From Vicinamibacterales bacterium (lineage in GTDB: Bacteria; Acidobacteriota; Vicinamibacteria; Vicinamibacterales; 2-12-FULL-66-21), in the NCBI GenBank assembly GCA_038320555.1, contig JBBQEJ010000005.1:5357-69356 (forward strand): 64,000 bases of DNA. The letters are read 5' to 3'. The first letter of the stretch is position 1, and the number at the start of each line of letters is the position of its first letter. Made by a program: the position numbers and the translations under genes. The notes below the pieces were generated by a model. That model ran no database searches. It was not told the origin of the DNA and saw only the letters and a list, made by a program, of their open reading frames with translations. Shown here one piece after another: positions 8,439 to 17,582 of this stretch.

Positions 8439-8608
8439 CGGGACCTCCGTTGAAAACGGTGGCCCCTCATCCGGGGTCGTGCGGGCTGCCGGCCTCCACT
8501 CCGGCAACTCGGTGGGCTTAGACGGTGCTCGAGAGCAGGAGGTTTATTGTTGTGCGGTCGCGGGACGCGTGGGACAAATCAGGGACGAGCGGAGTGTCGA
8601 GACTCCTG

Positions 8609-9109
8609 TCACCCGATCTCCCGCAACATGCGCGCTGGAACGAACCAGCGCAGTTGTCCGATCCCCTTGGGCGGGAAGACCTCGAACTCAATACAGCAGA
8701 TCGCGCCTTTTTTGAATTCGAGCGGCGTTCGCGCGCCGACCAGACGCGCCGCAAGCTCGCCGATGTTCGGCTCGTGCCCGACGAGCGCGATGCGCCCCTT
8801 GCGCATATGCTTGGCGAGTTCCTGAATCACCGCGGCGGGCGTGCCGGCTGGCGCCAGGGCATCGCTCACCGATACCGACGGCTTCGACTTCAAGGCTTCG
8901 GCGAACACGTCCGCCGTCTGCCGCGCGCGGACGAGCGGGCTCACCACGATGTGATCGAATCCGATGTCGAGCGCGTCGAGTGCCTTGGCTTCCTTGCGGA
9001 GCCGGTTGATCCCGCGGTTCGTCAATGGCCGTTTGGAGTCGTCCGGATAGTCCTCGCCGCGTTCGGCGGCAACGCCGTGACGAATGAGGTACAGCTGCAG
9101 GGTGGCCAT
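8609..9109 (-). CDS. sixA: Phosphohistidine phosphatase SixA (histidine phosphatase superfamily)
   Basis: LYLIRHGVA...RPLTNRG...SPLVRARQTA...LVGHEPN. Confidence 0.8.
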   Translation of the reverse strand: MATLQLYLIRHGVAAERGEDYPDDSKRPLTNRGINRLRKEAKALDALDIGFDHIVVSPLVRARQTADVFAEALKSKPSVSVSDALAPAGTPAAVIQELAKHMRKGRIALVGHEPNIGELAARLVGARTPLEFKKGAICCIEFEVFPPKGIGQLRWFVPARMLREIG

Positions 9110-9112
9110 CGA

Positions 9113-10072
9113 TCAGCGATCGCTCGCCACGGTGCGCGGTTCGGCCTGCCGCGACAGCGTCATCTTGATTGCGCGCGTGCGCCGCGGCGCGTGCGCAAGC
9201 TGCGGCACGATGACCTTGCGGACCGCGAGCGCGGCCTCACGAAGCGCGGGCGCCGTGGAGACGTACCGTCCGTGCAGAAGCCGGCATCGATCCTCGATGT
9301 GCCGCGCGAGATCCTCGAGCGCCACGCGGGACGGCGCACGCTCGGATCGCGGTTGGGTCTGCACCTCCGCGACGTGCGTCTGCAGGACCTGGAGATCGTG
9401 CAGTTTGCCGAGCATGTCCTGCGCGCGCTTGATTGTGCGCACGTGCGGGGCAGCCTGCCTGAGGCCGCTGTCGGCAGCCAGCTCGAGGCCGTACCGGAGT
9501 TTCTTCGCGGCGATGCGCACCGCGTGCAGCCGCTCCGGCGCGTACATGTGGCCGGCCTCGTCCATCGCGAGCGTGAGCCGGCGGGATCGCGACAGCAGAC
9601 GCGCCCCCAACGCTTTCCGCCAGGGTTCAGCCTTCGCTTCGGTGAGCGCCGCGCCGACCGACGACAGCCGGCGATCGAGCTTGTCCACGTCGACACTCTC
9701 GAGCCGCTCGAGCATCAACTTGCGGCGGCTCTCGCGCTCTTTCATGACGCGCGCGCGAACGTCTTCCACCGCGGTTCGGGACACTTGCGGCGAGCGCGCC
9801 AGCTCGTCGAGCAACCGCATCGTGACATCGAGTTCTCGGACCGTGCCGAGCGCGCGGGTCAGCCGCCTGATCTTCCGCCGGGCCTTGCCCGCCTTGCTGC
9901 CTTTGAGGCCGGTGGACAGCACCGGGACCGCTTCCCGAAGCCGTCGCGACGTGACCCGGGCCTGATGGACCCCGCGATCGTCGCCCGACACCGCCTGGGG
10001 CAGGTGGCGCTTCAGCGCCCGGGCGAGGCGCTGGAGTAGCAGAGTCGTGACACGGGGCGTTCGAGTGTTCAT
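9113..10072 (-). CDS. CHAD domain-containing protein
   Basis: GVHQARVTSRRLREA and HAVRIAAKKLRYGLELA helical repeats. Start taken at MNTRTPRV (10072). Confidence 0.75.
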   Translation of the reverse strand: MNTRTPRVTTLLLQRLARALKRHLPQAVSGDDRGVHQARVTSRRLREAVPVLSTGLKGSKAGKARRKIRRLTRALGTVRELDVTMRLLDELARSPQVSRTAVEDVRARVMKERESRRKLMLERLESVDVDKLDRRLSSVGAALTEAKAEPWRKALGARLLSRSRRLTLAMDEAGHMYAPERLHAVRIAAKKLRYGLELAADSGLRQAAPHVRTIKRAQDMLGKLHDLQVLQTHVAEVQTQPRSERAPSRVALEDLARHIEDRCRLLHGRYVSTAPALREAALAVRKVIVPQLAHAPRRTRAIKMTLSRQAEPRTVASDR

Positions 10073-10177
10073 GGTAGGATGGCGACCGGCCGGACCTTTC
10101 CTTTGCGCTGAAGTGCGCAAGTATATATCGACCGTGTAACGTGCAAGACCCGGACCCGTTGAGCTGCCCTCCCCTGC

Positions 10178-11845
10178 ATGCGCATTGCCGCCATTGACAT
10201 CGGCACCAATTCCATCCACATGATCGTGGTCAAGGTGCGACCGGATCTGTCATTCGAGGTCATTGACCGCGAAAAAGACATGGTCCGGCTGGGGGCCGGC
10301 GGGCTCGACGGCCGCAACCTCACGGCTTCTGCCATGTCGGCGGGCCTGCAAACACTGGCAAAATTCAAGCGTCTGGCCGAATCCAACAAGGTCGACGAGA
10401 TCGTCGCGGCGGCGACAAGTGCCACCCGGGAAGCAGAAAACGGCGGCGACTTCATTGCTGAGGTAGCCCGTCAAACCGGCATTCGAATCAAGGTCATCTC
10501 GGGCACGGAAGAGGCTCGGCTCATCCATCTGGCGGCCGGCTATGGCGTGGATGTGGGCGGCAGCACAGCCGCAGTAATAGACATCGGCGGGGGAAGCGTC
10601 GAAATCACCCTCGGAACCGCGACGCATCTGACACTCGGCAAGAGCTTCAAAACCGGGGTCATTCGTCTGACCGAGCACTTCGTCAAAACCGACCCGCTGT
10701 CGGCCCGTGACCAACGGCGGCTCGTCAAACACCTGAATCGCACGATGGGCGGCCATCTCGAGCAAATCGAAACGAGCGGTTTCGATCGCGTCATCGGCAC
10801 GTCCGGGACCATCCTGAGCCTCGGGGCACTCGCCTTGACCGACGACGCCGGACCGCCCGAAGACCTGCGCAATCAGCGCGTGAGCGCCAAGTCGCTGCGC
10901 CGCCTCCGCAAGCAGCTCGTCGCCGCCGACATCGAAGAGCGTCTGCACATGCCGGGCCTCGATCCACGACGGGCCGATCTCAGCGTCGCGGGCTCGGTGC
11001 TCCTCGACACGATTCTTCGCGGCCTCGGTGCCGAGGACATCACGCTCTGCGATCTGGCACTCAGGGAAGGCCTCGTCCTCGATTACATCCACCGCAACAG
11101 CGCGCGCATCCGTAAGGTCGAGCGCTATCCCGACGTCCGCCGCCGCAGCGTCGTCGAGCTCGGCGAGCGTTGCGGATACTGGTCGGAACACGCACAACAG
11201 GTGGCGCGGCTCGCGCTGAGCGTCTTCGATCAGACACGCAGCGTGCACGGCCTCGCCGATCGCGAACGGGAGTGGCTCGAGTACGCCGCCCTTCTGCACG
11301 ACGTCGGGGTGCACATCAGCTACGATCGCCATCACCGCCACTCGTACTATCTGATCAAGAATGGTGATCTGCGCGGCTTCGAACCGCGAGAGATCGAGGT
11401 GATCGCGCTCGTCACGCGATATCACCGTCAGGCGACCCCGAAAAAATCGCATGAGGGGTACGGTGATCTGAACAGCTCGCTGCGCGGGACCGTGCGGATG
11501 CTGTCAGCGATTGTCAGGCTTGCCGAGGGCCTCGATCGGAGCCACGCCCAGGCGCTCGCCGGGATTGACCTCTTTCCTCGCGGCGACGACTACCTCGCCC
11601 GGCTTCGCGCGAATGGCGATGCGGAGCTGGAGTTGTGGGCCGCACATCGTCACGTGGCGCCGCTCGAGCGGGAGCTCGACTTGCCGATTCGCTTCGACGT
11701 CTCCGGCGCCGAGTACAAGGAACACGCACCTAATGTTGAACAACCTGACCACGCCCCACGAGTATCCCGGAAAGCTGTTCGTGGTCGAGGGAATCGACGG
11801 CTCCGGCAAGACGACCCAGCTGGCCCTGCTCGCGAAATGGCTTAG
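10178..11845 (+). CDS. ppx: Exopolyphosphatase Ppx/GppA with a C-terminal HD domain
   Basis: MRIAAIDIGTNSIHMIVV, IDIGGGSVE, LLHDVGVHISYDRHHRHSYYLI. The last roughly 38 codons overlap the next gene and have low third-position GC. Confidence 0.9.
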   Translation: MRIAAIDIGTNSIHMIVVKVRPDLSFEVIDREKDMVRLGAGGLDGRNLTASAMSAGLQTLAKFKRLAESNKVDEIVAAATSATREAENGGDFIAEVARQTGIRIKVISGTEEARLIHLAAGYGVDVGGSTAAVIDIGGGSVEITLGTATHLTLGKSFKTGVIRLTEHFVKTDPLSARDQRRLVKHLNRTMGGHLEQIETSGFDRVIGTSGTILSLGALALTDDAGPPEDLRNQRVSAKSLRRLRKQLVAADIEERLHMPGLDPRRADLSVAGSVLLDTILRGLGAEDITLCDLALREGLVLDYIHRNSARIRKVERYPDVRRRSVVELGERCGYWSEHAQQVARLALSVFDQTRSVHGLADREREWLEYAALLHDVGVHISYDRHHRHSYYLIKNGDLRGFEPREIEVIALVTRYHRQATPKKSHEGYGDLNSSLRGTVRMLSAIVRLAEGLDRSHAQALAGIDLFPRGDDYLARLRANGDAELELWAAHRHVAPLERELDLPIRFDVSGAEYKEHAPNVEQPDHAPRVSRKAVRGRGNRRLRQDDPAGPAREMA

Positions 11846-12434
11846 CGCAGCCGGCCATCCGGTCGTCCTCACCGAGTGGAACTCCTCGGCGCTGGTCAAA
11901 GCGGCCACCAAGACCGGGAAGAAGAAGAACTCGCTGACGCCGATGACGTTCAGCCTGCTGCACGCGACCGATTTCGCCGATCGGCTGCTCTACAACATCG
12001 TGCCGCCGCTCAAGGCCGGGATGATCGTGCTCGCGGATCGTTACGCCTACACCGCGTTCGCCCGCGACGCCGCGCGCGGCGTCGACCGCCGGTGGGTGCG
12101 CGAGCTGTACAGTTTCGCAGTCAAGCCCGACATGGCCATTTACTTTCGTGTGCCGATCGAGGTCTCGACCGATCGCCTGATGGCGCGTCGCGTCAAGCTG
12201 AAGTTCTATGAGGCGGGGCTGGACATGGGCTGGAGCTCGAACGCCCTCGAAAGCTTCCGGATCTTCCAGCGCAAGGTACTTGACGAGTACGATCGCGTTG
12301 TCGAGGAATTCGGACTGAGCGTCGTCAATGCGGTCGGCAGCATCACCGAGCAACAGCGGACGTTCCGCAAGCTCGTGACCCAGCATCTGGATATCAAGGA
12401 GACCGATGAACAGCTCGACGAGCAGCTTGCCTGA
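11733..12434 (+). CDS. Thymidylate-kinase-like P-loop kinase, paralog 1 (canonical Walker A)
   Basis: FVVEGIDGSGKTTQ and LADRYAYTAFA motifs. It lacks the canonical Tmk REPGGT and AYQ motifs. Confidence 0.75.
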   Translation: MLNNLTTPHEYPGKLFVVEGIDGSGKTTQLALLAKWLSAAGHPVVLTEWNSSALVKAATKTGKKKNSLTPMTFSLLHATDFADRLLYNIVPPLKAGMIVLADRYAYTAFARDAARGVDRRWVRELYSFAVKPDMAIYFRVPIEVSTDRLMARRVKLKFYEAGLDMGWSSNALESFRIFQRKVLDEYDRVVEEFGLSVVNAVGSITEQQRTFRKLVTQHLDIKETDEQLDEQLA

Positions 12435-13188
12435 GACGGCGGACAGCGGCGTTCGCCCGGGCAGTTACTACGGCAACGGCATTCCCTACCTGCCAATCGA
12501 CGGGTATCCGGGGAAGATTATTGCCATCGAAGGGACCGACGGCGTTGGACGATCCACGCAGATTCGCCTGCTGCGCGAGTGGCTGGAGGTGCAGGGCTAC
12601 GGAGTCATCGAAACCGGATGGACCCGCTCGGAACTGATGCAGCCGACGATCGAGCTTGCCAAAGCCAGCAACACCTTGAACAAACTCACATTCGTGCTGC
12701 TCTATGCCACGGATTTCGCCGACCGCCTCGAAAAGGAGATCATCCCGGCGCTCAAGGCAGGGTTCATCGTTTTGTCGGATCGCTACGTCTATACCGCGAT
12801 GGCGCGGGCCGGCGTCCGCGGCGTGGACCGCACGTGGATGCGCAACCTGTACGGATTCGCCATCGCCCCGCACCAGGTCTTCTATCTGAAAATCGACGAG
12901 AAGACGCTGATACGGCGCGTGCTGCAGTCGCGCGGGATGGATTACTGGGAGTCCGGCATGGACATGAAGCTCGGCGATGACATCTACGAGAGCTTCCGTG
13001 CCTACCAGCGTTCGCTGTTGCGGGAATACGCGTCCATGGCCGACGAATTCGGCTTCAGAGTGCTCGACGCGAGGCGCAAGATAAGCGTCATCCAGGACGA
13101 GCTCCGACGCCAGATCGGCGCCTTTCTCGCCGAATCCGATACGTCGTCGGCAGCCCGCATCGACGGCAGCCCAGAGGGGCAGCGCTAG
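12406..13188 (+). CDS. Thymidylate-kinase-like P-loop protein, paralog 2 (Walker A Lys replaced by Arg)
   Basis: IAIEGTDGVGRSTQ and LSDRYVYTAMA. Clearly paralogous to the preceding gene (ATDFADRL, LKAG.IVL.DRY.YTA) and overlaps it by 29 nt. Confidence 0.75.
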   Translation: MNSSTSSLPETADSGVRPGSYYGNGIPYLPIDGYPGKIIAIEGTDGVGRSTQIRLLREWLEVQGYGVIETGWTRSELMQPTIELAKASNTLNKLTFVLLYATDFADRLEKEIIPALKAGFIVLSDRYVYTAMARAGVRGVDRTWMRNLYGFAIAPHQVFYLKIDEKTLIRRVLQSRGMDYWESGMDMKLGDDIYESFRAYQRSLLREYASMADEFGFRVLDARRKISVIQDELRRQIGAFLAESDTSSAARIDGSPEGQR

Positions 13189-13260
13189 AGGTCTGACCCC
13201 ACTCCCCCGATCGTGGTTCGCAGAGCCGCGGGCCGCCAGCCGCGACAGAATCTCCCGCCC

Positions 13261-13299
13261 GTTACACCGAATTTACAGCCAGGAAATCAGGTCGAAACG
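13261..13299 (+). promoter_or_regulatory. Candidate Pho-box-like array upstream of pstB
   Basis: GTTACA-N5-TTTACA-N5-GAAATC-N5-GAAACG (11-bp phase). This is followed by N9, TACGAT (13309-13314), then 12 nt to the ATG at 13327. Confidence 0.4.
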
Positions 13300-13326
13300 C
13301 CCGCCCGGTACGATCCTCATGCCGGC

Positions 13327-14157
13327 ATGTCAGCTGTCCAGACGCCTTCCACGAAACTTTCAGTGACGCCGGAAGCACCCCGCGAGCCGGTGCCAGACCG
13401 GGCCGCGCTCATCGACGTCCAGGACCTCAGTTTCTATTACGGCGCGAAGCGGGCGCTCGAGCACATCACGATTGGCATCCAGCCGAATGTGGTGACGGCG
13501 TTCATCGGGCCGTCTGGCTGCGGCAAGAGCACGTTCCTGCGCACGCTCAACCGGATGAACGACATCATCGCCGGCACGCGGGTGGAGGGGAAGGTGTTGA
13601 TCGACGGGGACGACATCTATGGCCCTGGAAGCGACGTCGTGCGCCTCAGGCGGCGCGTGGGCATGGTCTTTCAGAAATCCAACCCATTTCCAAAATCGAT
13701 CTTCGAGAACGTCGCCTACGGATTGCGGATCAACGGGCTCGCGCGCGGACGCGCGGCGCTCCAGGCCAGGGTCGAGGAGAGCCTGAAGGCGGCCGCGATC
13801 TGGGACGAAGTCAAGGATCGGCTTCACGAATCCGCGATTGCCCTGTCGGGCGGCCAGCAGCAACGGTTGTGCATCGCCCGTGCCCTGGCGATCCAGCCGG
13901 AGATTCTGCTGATGGACGAACCGGCATCGGCGCTCGATCCGATCGCGACGCAGCGTATCGAGGAGCTCGTGTACCAGCTCAAATCCCGGTATACGATCGT
14001 CATCGTGACGCACAACATGCAGCAGGCCGCGCGCGTCTCCGATCGCACGGCGTTCTTCTGGCTCGGCAAGCTCGTCGAATACGCGCCGACGGAGCGCATC
14101 TTCACGAATCCGGCTGAGAAGCTCACGGAGGATTACGTGACCGGGCGGTTTGGCTAG
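13327..14157 (+). CDS. pstB: Phosphate ABC transporter ATP-binding protein PstB
   Basis: [36 protein letters not shown]. The ORF opens at 13213 (GTG); the ATG at 13327 gives the typical length. Confidence 0.9.
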   Translation: MSAVQTPSTKLSVTPEAPREPVPDRAALIDVQDLSFYYGAKRALEHITIGIQPNVVTAFIGPSGCGKSTFLRTLNRMNDIIAGTRVEGKVLIDGDDIYGPGSDVVRLRRRVGMVFQKSNPFPKSIFENVAYGLRINGLARGRAALQARVEESLKAAAIWDEVKDRLHESAIALSGGQQQRLCIARALAIQPEILLMDEPASALDPIATQRIEELVYQLKSRYTIVIVTHNMQQAARVSDRTAFFWLGKLVEYAPTERIFTNPAEKLTEDYVTGRFG

Positions 14158-14167
14158 TGCGATTCGA

Positions 14168-14202
14168 CTCGCGGCTCGCGGTTCGCGGCCCGCGGTTTTC
14201 GT
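14168..14202. repeat. Tandem heptamer array (NTCGCGG) x4-5
   Basis: ctcgcgg ctcgcgg ttcgcgg cccgcgg ttttcgt. It is the reverse-complement vocabulary of the array at 43327-43368. A second pair, actaggg attaggg, lies at 14239-14252. Confidence 0.75.
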
Positions 14203-14259
14203 TATTATTTGTGGCTTCCGTCTTTAGGCGGAAGGAGACTAGGGATTAGGGATACAACG

Positions 14260-14940
14260 GTGCCCGATACGACGGTTCGTCATTTCCAGGCCGACCTCGA
14301 ACAGCTCAAGACGCGCCTTCTCGAGATGGGCGGGCTGGCCGAGGATCGCGTGCGCGCGGCGGTTGATGGCCTCGTGCGGCGCGACGCGGAAGCGGTCGCC
14401 CGCGTGATCCAGGGCGACCGGCCGATCAACCAGCTGCACATCGAAATCGACAACCGCTGCTTTACCTTGCTCGCCCTGCATCAGCCGATGGCTGTCGATC
14501 TCCGCGCGATCGTGTCAGCCGTGAAAATCAACACGGATCTCGAGCGGGTCGGCGACCTCGCGGTCAACATCGCCGAAGCGGTGGTCCGCTACATGCGCCA
14601 CCCGCCGGTCAAGGAGCTCATCGACATTCCCCGCATGGCCTCCATCGCGCAGACCATGCTCCGCGACGCGCTCGACGCGTACGTCCGGCGCGACACGCCG
14701 CTCGCGCAGAGCGTGCTCGATGCCGACGACGGGCTGGACTCGTTGAAAACGCAGGTGTTCCGCGAGCTGCTGACCTTCATGCTGCAGGATCCCACCACCA
14801 TCGAGCCCGCGCTCGACCTGATCCTGGTGTCGCGGCACCTCGAACGCATCGGCGACCACGCCACCAACATCGCCGAAGACGTGATCTTCATGGTGCTGGC
14901 CAAGGATGTCCGTCACCACATCAACGAGCCCGGGATGTGA
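14260..14940 (+). CDS. phoU: Phosphate signalling complex protein PhoU
   Basis: Two PhoU repeats (INQLHIEIDNRC...DLERVGDLAVNIAE; ...HLERIGDHATNIAEDV). The ORF opens at TTG 14209; GTG 14260 is preferred. Confidence 0.85.
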   Translation: MPDTTVRHFQADLEQLKTRLLEMGGLAEDRVRAAVDGLVRRDAEAVARVIQGDRPINQLHIEIDNRCFTLLALHQPMAVDLRAIVSAVKINTDLERVGDLAVNIAEAVVRYMRHPPVKELIDIPRMASIAQTMLRDALDAYVRRDTPLAQSVLDADDGLDSLKTQVFRELLTFMLQDPTTIEPALDLILVSRHLERIGDHATNIAEDVIFMVLAKDVRHHINEPGM

Positions 14941-15024
14941 ACCGGGCGGTCTGAGCAAGGGTGGTCTGAAGACCGCGCCCCTACATAATCCAATATCCCA
15001 TCAGATAGAATAGGAAGGTTGCAC

Positions 15025-15195
15025 ATGTTGCAGCCCGATCCTGTGTGCGCGTACTGCCGCCGCCGGCCGTCTGAACCGGCCTGGCTGCCCTTCTGCAGCG
15101 AGCGGTGCAAGATGGCCGACCTCGGCCGCTGGCTCTCGGATGACTATCGCGTTCCCGGGCCGCCGCTGCCTGTCGACGACGAAGACGCTGATTAG
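15025..15195 (+). CDS. yacG: DNA gyrase inhibitor YacG-like zinc-finger protein (56 aa; below the ORF-track cutoff)
   Basis: Hand translation: [56 protein letters not shown]. The pattern C-x2-C ... PFCS-x-RC ... DLG-x-W is the YacG signature. Confidence 0.7.
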   Translation: MLQPDPVCAYCRRRPSEPAWLPFCSERCKMADLGRWLSDDYRVPGPPLPVDDEDAD

Positions 15196-15357
15196 TGTCG
15201 CGTCTCCGAAGTCCTGTTAACATCGAGAGCGGCGATGCGCCCGGCGCGCAAGGCGCGAGGAGGGCGCATACCGGGTGTAAGCACCCGACGAGCAACGCAG
15301 CGCCCCGGGATGCAGCGCCGGCCGAATGTAACGGACTTCGGAGACACGACACCAGAG

Positions 15358-16644
15358 ATGGCCGACACGCTCACCATCACCGACAACCGCACGGGCAGGA
15401 AATACGAGATCCCGATCCAGGACGGAACCATCCGGGCGATCGACCTGCGCCAGATCAAAGTCACGCCCGAGGAATTCGGGATGATGACCTACGACCCGGC
15501 TTTCACGAACACCGCCGCCTGCCGCAGCCGGATCACCTACATCGATGGCGACCACGGCGTGCTCATGTATCGCGGTTACCCCATCGAACAGCTGGCCGAG
15601 CACAGCGACTTCCTTGAAACCGCCTATCTCATTCTCTTCGGCGAACTGCCGACCACTGGGCAGCTCGAACATTGGTCAGAGGACATTACCCGGCATACGA
15701 TGCTCCACGAGAACATCAAGAAGTTTCTCGAGGGGTTCCGCTATGACGCGCACCCGATGGGGATGTTCCTGAGCGCGGTCGGCGCGCTGTCGACGTTCTA
15801 CCCCGCCGCGAAGAACATCTCCGATGAGTCGTCGCGGCGTCTGCAGACCGTCCGGCTCATCGCCAAGGTGCCGAGCCTCGCCGCGTACGCGTTTCGTCAC
15901 ACGATCGGCCGTCCGTACGTGCTTCCCGACAACGAGCTGAGCTTCTCGGGGAACTTCCTGAACATGCTGTTCAAGATGACGGAGCCCCGATACAAGCCGC
16001 ACCCCGTCCTCGAACGCGCGCTGGACGTGCTCTTCATTCTGCACGCCGACCACGAGCAGAACTGCAGCACGCACGTCATGCGCGGCATCGGCAGCTAACA
16101 CGCCGATCCGTATTCATCGCTGGCCGGGGCGGCGGCGGCGCTCTACGGTCCTCTCCACGGCGGCGCGAACGAGGCCGTCCTGAAGATGCTGACCGAGATC
16201 GGATCCATCGAGCACGTCCCGGCATTCATCAAGCGCGTCAAAGGCGGCGAAGGCCGTCTCATGGGCTTCGGGCACCGCGTGTACAAGTTTTACGACCCGC
16301 GGGCCACGATTATCAAGCGCATCGCGGACCTGGTCTTCGAAGTGACCGGCAGAAACCCGCTCCTCAACATCGCGCTCGAGCTCGAGCGGATCGCGCTGTC
16401 GGACGAGTACTTCATCTCGCGGAAGCTGTATCCGAACGTTGACTTTTACTCCGGGCTGATCTACCAGGCGATGGGCTTCCCGGTCTCGATGTTCCCGGTG
16501 CTCTTTGCCATCCCCCGCACCGCCGGCTGGATCGCGCAGTGGGAGGAGATGCTCACGGACCCCGAGCAGAAGATCGCCAGGCCGCGGCAGATCTATATTG
16601 GGCCGGCCAGACGGGATTACATCAGCCGCGACAAGAGACGATGA
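15358..16644 (+). pseudogene. gltA: Citrate synthase, single reading frame interrupted by an in-frame TAA at 16096-16098
   Basis: ORFs 15235-16098 and 16186-16644 are in the same frame. Read-through gives [51 protein letters not shown], colinear with the conserved citrate synthase core. Confidence 0.85.
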
Positions 16645-16645
16645 C

Positions 16646-17578
16646 ATGCGAAAGCTGATTTCATCGTGCGCGCTCGCTCTTGCGGCACTCGGATGCCTCC
16701 ATGCCGCGCAGCCAGGACCGCCGAAGTTCGACGGCAACCGCGCGTACGAGGACGTCCGCCAGCTGGTCGCGATCGGCCCGCGCGTCGCGGGCACGCCGGG
16801 CGCGCACGCCGCTCGCGAGTACATCCGGAAGCAGCTCGCACAGGCCGGCGTCACCGTCGAGGAGCAAGCCTTCGAGGCGACGACGCCGCTCGGACGCGTG
16901 AAGATGGTAAACCTGCGGGCGACCCTTCCGGCGGTGCAGGGTCGCGGCGCGACCGGCAGCCCCGCGCCACCCGGCGCGCGGCTCGTCATCGGGGGCCACT
17001 ACGACACCAAGCTGTTCAAGGACTTCACGTTCGTCGGGGCAAACGACGGCGGATCGAGCGCCGCGTTTCTCATCGAGCTCGGGCGCGCGCTCAAATCACG
17101 TCCCAATCCTGTGCCGATCGAGTTGCTTTTCCTGGACGGCGAGGAGGCGGTTGTCGATTGGCAAGGACAGGACCACACGTACGGCAGCCGCTACTACGTC
17201 GAGTCGGCGCGGAAGGCGGGCACGCTCAAGGACATCAAGGCCTTCATTCTCGTCGACATGATCGGGGATCGCGACCTCGTCATCAAACGGGAGAGCAATT
17301 CGACACCGTACCTCACCGGTGCGATCTGGAACGCCGCCGCACGTTTGGACCGCCGCGAATTCGTCGCCGAGACGTCGCCGATCGAAGACGATCACCTGGA
17401 GTTCCTTGCCGCACGCGTCCCCGCAGTCGACATCATCGATCTCGAATACTACACCCGATCGGGCGAGATGGCGTGGCACTCGCCGCACGATACGCTCGAG
17501 AACGTGGCCGCAGGGAGCCTGCAGGCGGTGGGGGACGTGCTCATCGCGGCGCTGCCGGAGATCGAGAAGCGCAAATAG
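16646..17578 (+). CDS. M28-family peptidase (glutaminyl-cyclase-like), secreted
   Basis: Signal peptide MRKLISSCALALAALG, then GGHYDTK...GANDGGSSAA...LFLDGEE. Confidence 0.75.
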   Translation: MRKLISSCALALAALGCLHAAQPGPPKFDGNRAYEDVRQLVAIGPRVAGTPGAHAAREYIRKQLAQAGVTVEEQAFEATTPLGRVKMVNLRATLPAVQGRGATGSPAPPGARLVIGGHYDTKLFKDFTFVGANDGGSSAAFLIELGRALKSRPNPVPIELLFLDGEEAVVDWQGQDHTYGSRYYVESARKAGTLKDIKAFILVDMIGDRDLVIKRESNSTPYLTGAIWNAAARLDRREFVAETSPIEDDHLEFLAARVPAVDIIDLEYYTRSGEMAWHSPHDTLENVAAGSLQAVGDVLIAALPEIEKRK

Positions 17579-17582
17579 CATT

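Noticed and set aside
8525-10039. 504-aa ORF on the plus strand
   Set aside because: It is antisense to the well-supported sixA and CHAD genes. Its Arg/Ala/Gly-rich composition is typical of shadow ORFs in high-GC DNA, and I recognise no motif.
16096-16098. Programmed recoding (selenocysteine or pyrrolysine) at the citrate synthase stop
   Set aside because: The codon is TAA, not TGA or TAG. The aligned residue in E. coli GltA is Ser, and no SECIS-like context is evident.
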